44,256 bases of DNA from Azonexus sp. (GTDB taxonomy: Bacteria; Pseudomonadota; Gammaproteobacteria; Burkholderiales; Rhodocyclaceae): the NCBI GenBank assembly GCA_035466795.1, contig DATIUN010000003.1, forward strand, positions 1 through 44,256, read 5' to 3'. Numbering within the stretch: the stretch's first letter is position 1; every line of letters begins with the position of its first letter. Made by a program: the position numbers and the translations under genes. The notes below the pieces were generated by a model that did not search any database, had not been told where the DNA came from, and was given only the letters and a program-made list of their open reading frames with translations. Below are positions 41,706 through 44,256 of the stretch, in pieces.

Positions 41706-43109
41706 TCAGAATTTGTGCGCGCCATGAGCGCCGAGGCTCATGATGTACTGGACGATCCACTGGTTGTCGGTGATCCCGAACATCGATTTGTCCTGAGCGT
41801 ATTGCAGGCGCATCCTCGAGTATTCACTCCAGCTGTAATCGACCATTGCCGTCGCGCGCTTCGGCTTGTAGTCCTCGACCACCAGATTGGCAGCGTTGGC
41901 GCCAAGGTCCTGCACGCCGCTGTCGAGCTGGTCGTAACGCAGGCCAGCGCGCCAATTGGGCGTAAACTGGAAGACCCCTTGGGCGTACCAGCCACGTTGG
42001 TTGGTGTTGTAGTCGCCACCCACCGTGTCGCCCGCCGCCAGCGGATCGCAGGCACTGCCCAAGCCGCTGCAGTTGAGGCTGCCCTTGTCCTTGCGCCAGA
42101 AATACTCACTCTGGAACTTGAAGTTCTGATATTTCGGATTGCCGTCGGGCGCCCATTTCCAGACGAAATCGGCCAGCCAGGTGTCGGTGTCGCCAGTGAA
42201 CGAAGCCAGCGCCGGCAAGCCGTTGATATCGTAAAACTCAGCCTCGCGACTGTCCGACGAGGTTCGCAGGTAGGAGGCGCCGGCCCGCCAACTGTTGGAA
42301 ACACCCAGGTCATCGCCGAGGTGAGCATACAAGGCCCAGGCCCCGACGCCATTCTTGTTGCGGTCGGTTCCCGGGTAGTTTGCGCCGCGCCCGGCTTCGG
42401 CACCGAACTCCAGGAACAACGGCGTCGGCGCCAGCCACTTGAGCTGCACCCCGTCCTCCCGGAAGGAGGCCTCGGGGCCGAACATCGCGATGTACATCAG
42501 CGGGGCGTTGGCGAAATCCCACTGATGCGGATGCTGCTCGTTCAGATAGCCGATGCCGGAGCGATAGCGGCCACCCTTGACGCCGATGCCGTGGCCGATC
42601 GCCGATGACTGGAACCAGGCCTCCTCGACGCCCACCTCGCCGTCGTTGACGGCAAAAATTGCCCGGCCGCGCCAATATGGGTCGATGCCGCCGCCGATCA
42701 CCAGCTCGGTCTCGTTGATCGAAAAGCCGCGCAGATTGTCGAGCTGATTCGGCCAGAAACCGGTAATCGTCCGGTTGGGAACATCCTTGGTGTTCACGTA
42801 CTGTCCCTGCAGGATCAGCGACACCTCGGGGTTGAAGGCGCTGGCGCTGGTTGGAGCAGCAGCGACCACCGGGCCCGGCGCCGGCTTGTCCGGCGCTGCC
42901 GACCTGGCTTCGGCCTGCGCCGCAGGCTTTGCCTGGGCGTCGAGTTCGGCCTGGGCCAGCTTTTTTTCGAGCGCGGCGATGCGCTGCTCATAAGTCTTTT
43001 TCATCTCGTCGATCTGGCTGCGGATCGCGGCGAGATCGGCATCACTGGCAGCCTGCGCGCCGCACGAGGCGGCAAGCAGCGCAGCCATGACAAATGGCTT
43101 GTGCAACAT
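41706..43109 (-). CDS. Outer-membrane beta-barrel associated with metal ABC importer
   Basis: AGGAG before ATG 43109; signal peptide, coiled coil, FNPEVSLIL, NEQHPHQWDF, amphipathic strands, C-terminal GAHGAHKF. Confidence 0.8.
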   Translation of the reverse strand: MLHKPFVMAALLAASCGAQAASDADLAAIRSQIDEMKKTYEQRIAALEKKLAQAELDAQAKPAAQAEARSAAPDKPAPGPVVAAAPTSASAFNPEVSLILQGQYVNTKDVPNRTITGFWPNQLDNLRGFSINETELVIGGGIDPYWRGRAIFAVNDGEVGVEEAWFQSSAIGHGIGVKGGRYRSGIGYLNEQHPHQWDFANAPLMYIAMFGPEASFREDGVQLKWLAPTPLFLEFGAEAGRGANYPGTDRNKNGVGAWALYAHLGDDLGVSNSWRAGASYLRTSSDSREAEFYDINGLPALASFTGDTDTWLADFVWKWAPDGNPKYQNFKFQSEYFWRKDKGSLNCSGLGSACDPLAAGDTVGGDYNTNQRGWYAQGVFQFTPNWRAGLRYDQLDSGVQDLGANAANLVVEDYKPKRATAMVDYSWSEYSRMRLQYAQDKSMFGITDNQWIVQYIMSLGAHGAHKF

Positions 43110-43118
43110 GGAATTTCT

Positions 43119-43190
43119 CCTGAAAACGCAATGATCGCGACAACAGCTTCGAAAGCTGCGGTCGACGGCTAAAAACAGGCGTTTTTCAGG
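43119..43190 (-). promoter_or_regulatory. SD-sequestering RNA structure linking uORF stop to the barrel-gene RBS
   Basis: CCTGAAAAACGC (43190-43179) pairs with GCGTTTTCAGG (43129-43119); inner hairpin CAGCTT-TCG-AAGCTG. Confidence 0.65.
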
Positions 43191-43467
43191 CGGCAGGCGG
43201 CCCGCGCTGCGGTGCCGCAGGGGCCGGGAAAGCACTGCGGGCATGGGCATGCAGCGCCTCCGGGACAAGTAACAGCGGAGCAACCGGCGGTTGCGGCGCC
43301 AGTGCCGGCAGCGCGGCGCCGAGGTCGTGCGCCGTCAGACAGAGTTCGCAAGTGTGCGTGGGCAAGCCACTCTCTTTGTCCACCGCATGCCCGACGGCAT
43401 GCGCCCCCGCCGCCAGTTGGGCGAGCAGAAGGACAGCAACGAGAAGCAGGTGGCGCAGCGGATTCAC
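43186..43467 (-). CDS. DUF2946/CruR-like metal-sensing leader protein
   Basis: 93 aa: hydrophobic N-terminal helix, HAVGH, HTCELCLTAH, Pro-rich linker, RGPP two codons before the stop. Confidence 0.75.
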   Translation of the reverse strand: MNPLRHLLLVAVLLLAQLAAGAHAVGHAVDKESGLPTHTCELCLTAHDLGAALPALAPQPPVAPLLLVPEALHAHARSAFPAPAAPQRGPPAA

Positions 43468-43476
43468 GGCAATAGT

Positions 43477-44256
43477 TTAGTCGACCTGGACGAGCAAACC
43501 CTTGAGATATTCACCTTCGGGAAAACTCAGGGCCACCGGATGATCGGCGGCACCGGCCAGCCGCCGCACGATTCGGGCATCGCGCCCGGCATCCACCGCC
43601 GCGCCGGCGACAATCTTCTGGAACAGCTCGAGCCCGATGCCGCCGGAACACGAGTACGTCATCAGCAGCCCGCCCGGCCTGAGCAGGCGGAAGCCCAGCA
43701 GGTTGATGTCCTTGTAGGCGCGCGCCGCGCGCTCGGCATGGGCGGCGGAGGGCGCGAACTTTGGGGGATCGAGGACGATCAGGTCGAACAGCCTGCCATC
43801 CTTGCGAAAATCGCGCAGCGCCTGGAAGACGTCGGCCTCGCGCCATTCGGCGCGCTCGGCCGGCAACTGCGCATTGAGTGCCAGATTCGCCTGCGCCTGC
43901 GCCAGCGCCGGACCCGATGAGTCGATGGAAAGCACGTGCGCCGCCCCGCCCGCCAGAGCCTGCAGCGAAAAGCCGCCGGTGTAGCAGAAGCAGTTGAGCA
44001 CCTCCTTGCCCGCCGCCAGTTGGCCGAGCAGGGCGCGGTTGTCGCGCTGGTCGAGGTAGAACCCGGTTTTGTGGCCGCCGGCGATGTCGACCGCGAGGAG
44101 CACGCCATTTTCCTTGATGACCGGCGGCGAGTCCGGTGCCGCGCCGTGCAGCCAGCCGGTCGTCGGCTCCAGCCCTTCCAGCCCGCGCACGTCGGAGTCC
44201 GAACGTTCGTAGATGCGCTCGCAGTCGGTCGCCTTGAGCAGACCGGCGACGATGGC
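43477..44256 (-). CDS. rlmI: 23S rRNA m5C1962 methyltransferase RlmI-type, C-terminal part (5' end outside window)
   Basis: Frame open to window end; YERSDSDVR, GHKTGFYLDQRDNR, FCYTGGF, LDPPKF, YSCSG, YLKG. Confidence 0.92.
   Translation of the reverse strand, partial: AIVAGLLKATDCERIYERSDSDVRGLEGLEPTTGWLHGAAPDSPPVIKENGVLLAVDIAGGHKTGFYLDQRDNRALLGQLAAGKEVLNCFCYTGGFSLQALAGGAAHVLSIDSSGPALAQAQANLALNAQLPAERAEWREADVFQALRDFRKDGRLFDLIVLDPPKFAPSAAHAERAARAYKDINLLGFRLLRPGGLLMTYSCSGGIGLELFQKIVAGAAVDAGRDARIVRRLAGAADHPVALSFPEGEYLKGLLVQVD

Noticed and set aside
43110-43283. N-terminal extension of the barrel ORF to 525 aa
   Set aside because: SD and signal peptide identify ATG 43109; the extension overlaps the leader ORF

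Overview
GC-rich betaproteobacterial chromosome segment; gene order and protein style suggest Rhodocyclales (Dechloromonas/Azonexus-like), which is an inference. The left ~21.7 kb is housekeeping: partial glmU, gltDB, aroBK, pilMNOPQ, mrcA, cyaY, lptM-lysA and an RND pump. The centre (21.8-35.3 kb) is a periplasmic sulfur-oxidation island. It holds soxYZAXB without soxCD and, divergently, a NirT/NirB-like cytochrome pair in one operon with flavocytochrome c (fccAB). It also has DUF302, a secreted alpha/beta hydrolase, a second fccAB pair behind a sigma54/IHF-type promoter, a c4 cytochrome, a green-heme-protein-like cytochrome and a thioredoxin. The right part has an AEC transporter, hslVU, a STAS protein, a metal ABC importer with an outer-membrane barrel, and partial rlmI. 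The best candidates for undescribed biology are (1) a CxxC/RGPP (DUF2946/CruR-like) leader ORF whose stop region base-pairs with the Shine-Dalgarno of the metal-import operon, and (2) a nirT-nirB-fccA-fccB operon detached from nitrite reductase. The sox promoter region is also densely regulated (perfect FNR box at the predicted start site, a shared palindrome, uORFs, internal hairpin and terminator). No rRNA, tRNA, CRISPR or mobile element was recognised. Family calls come from recalled motifs; no searches were run.
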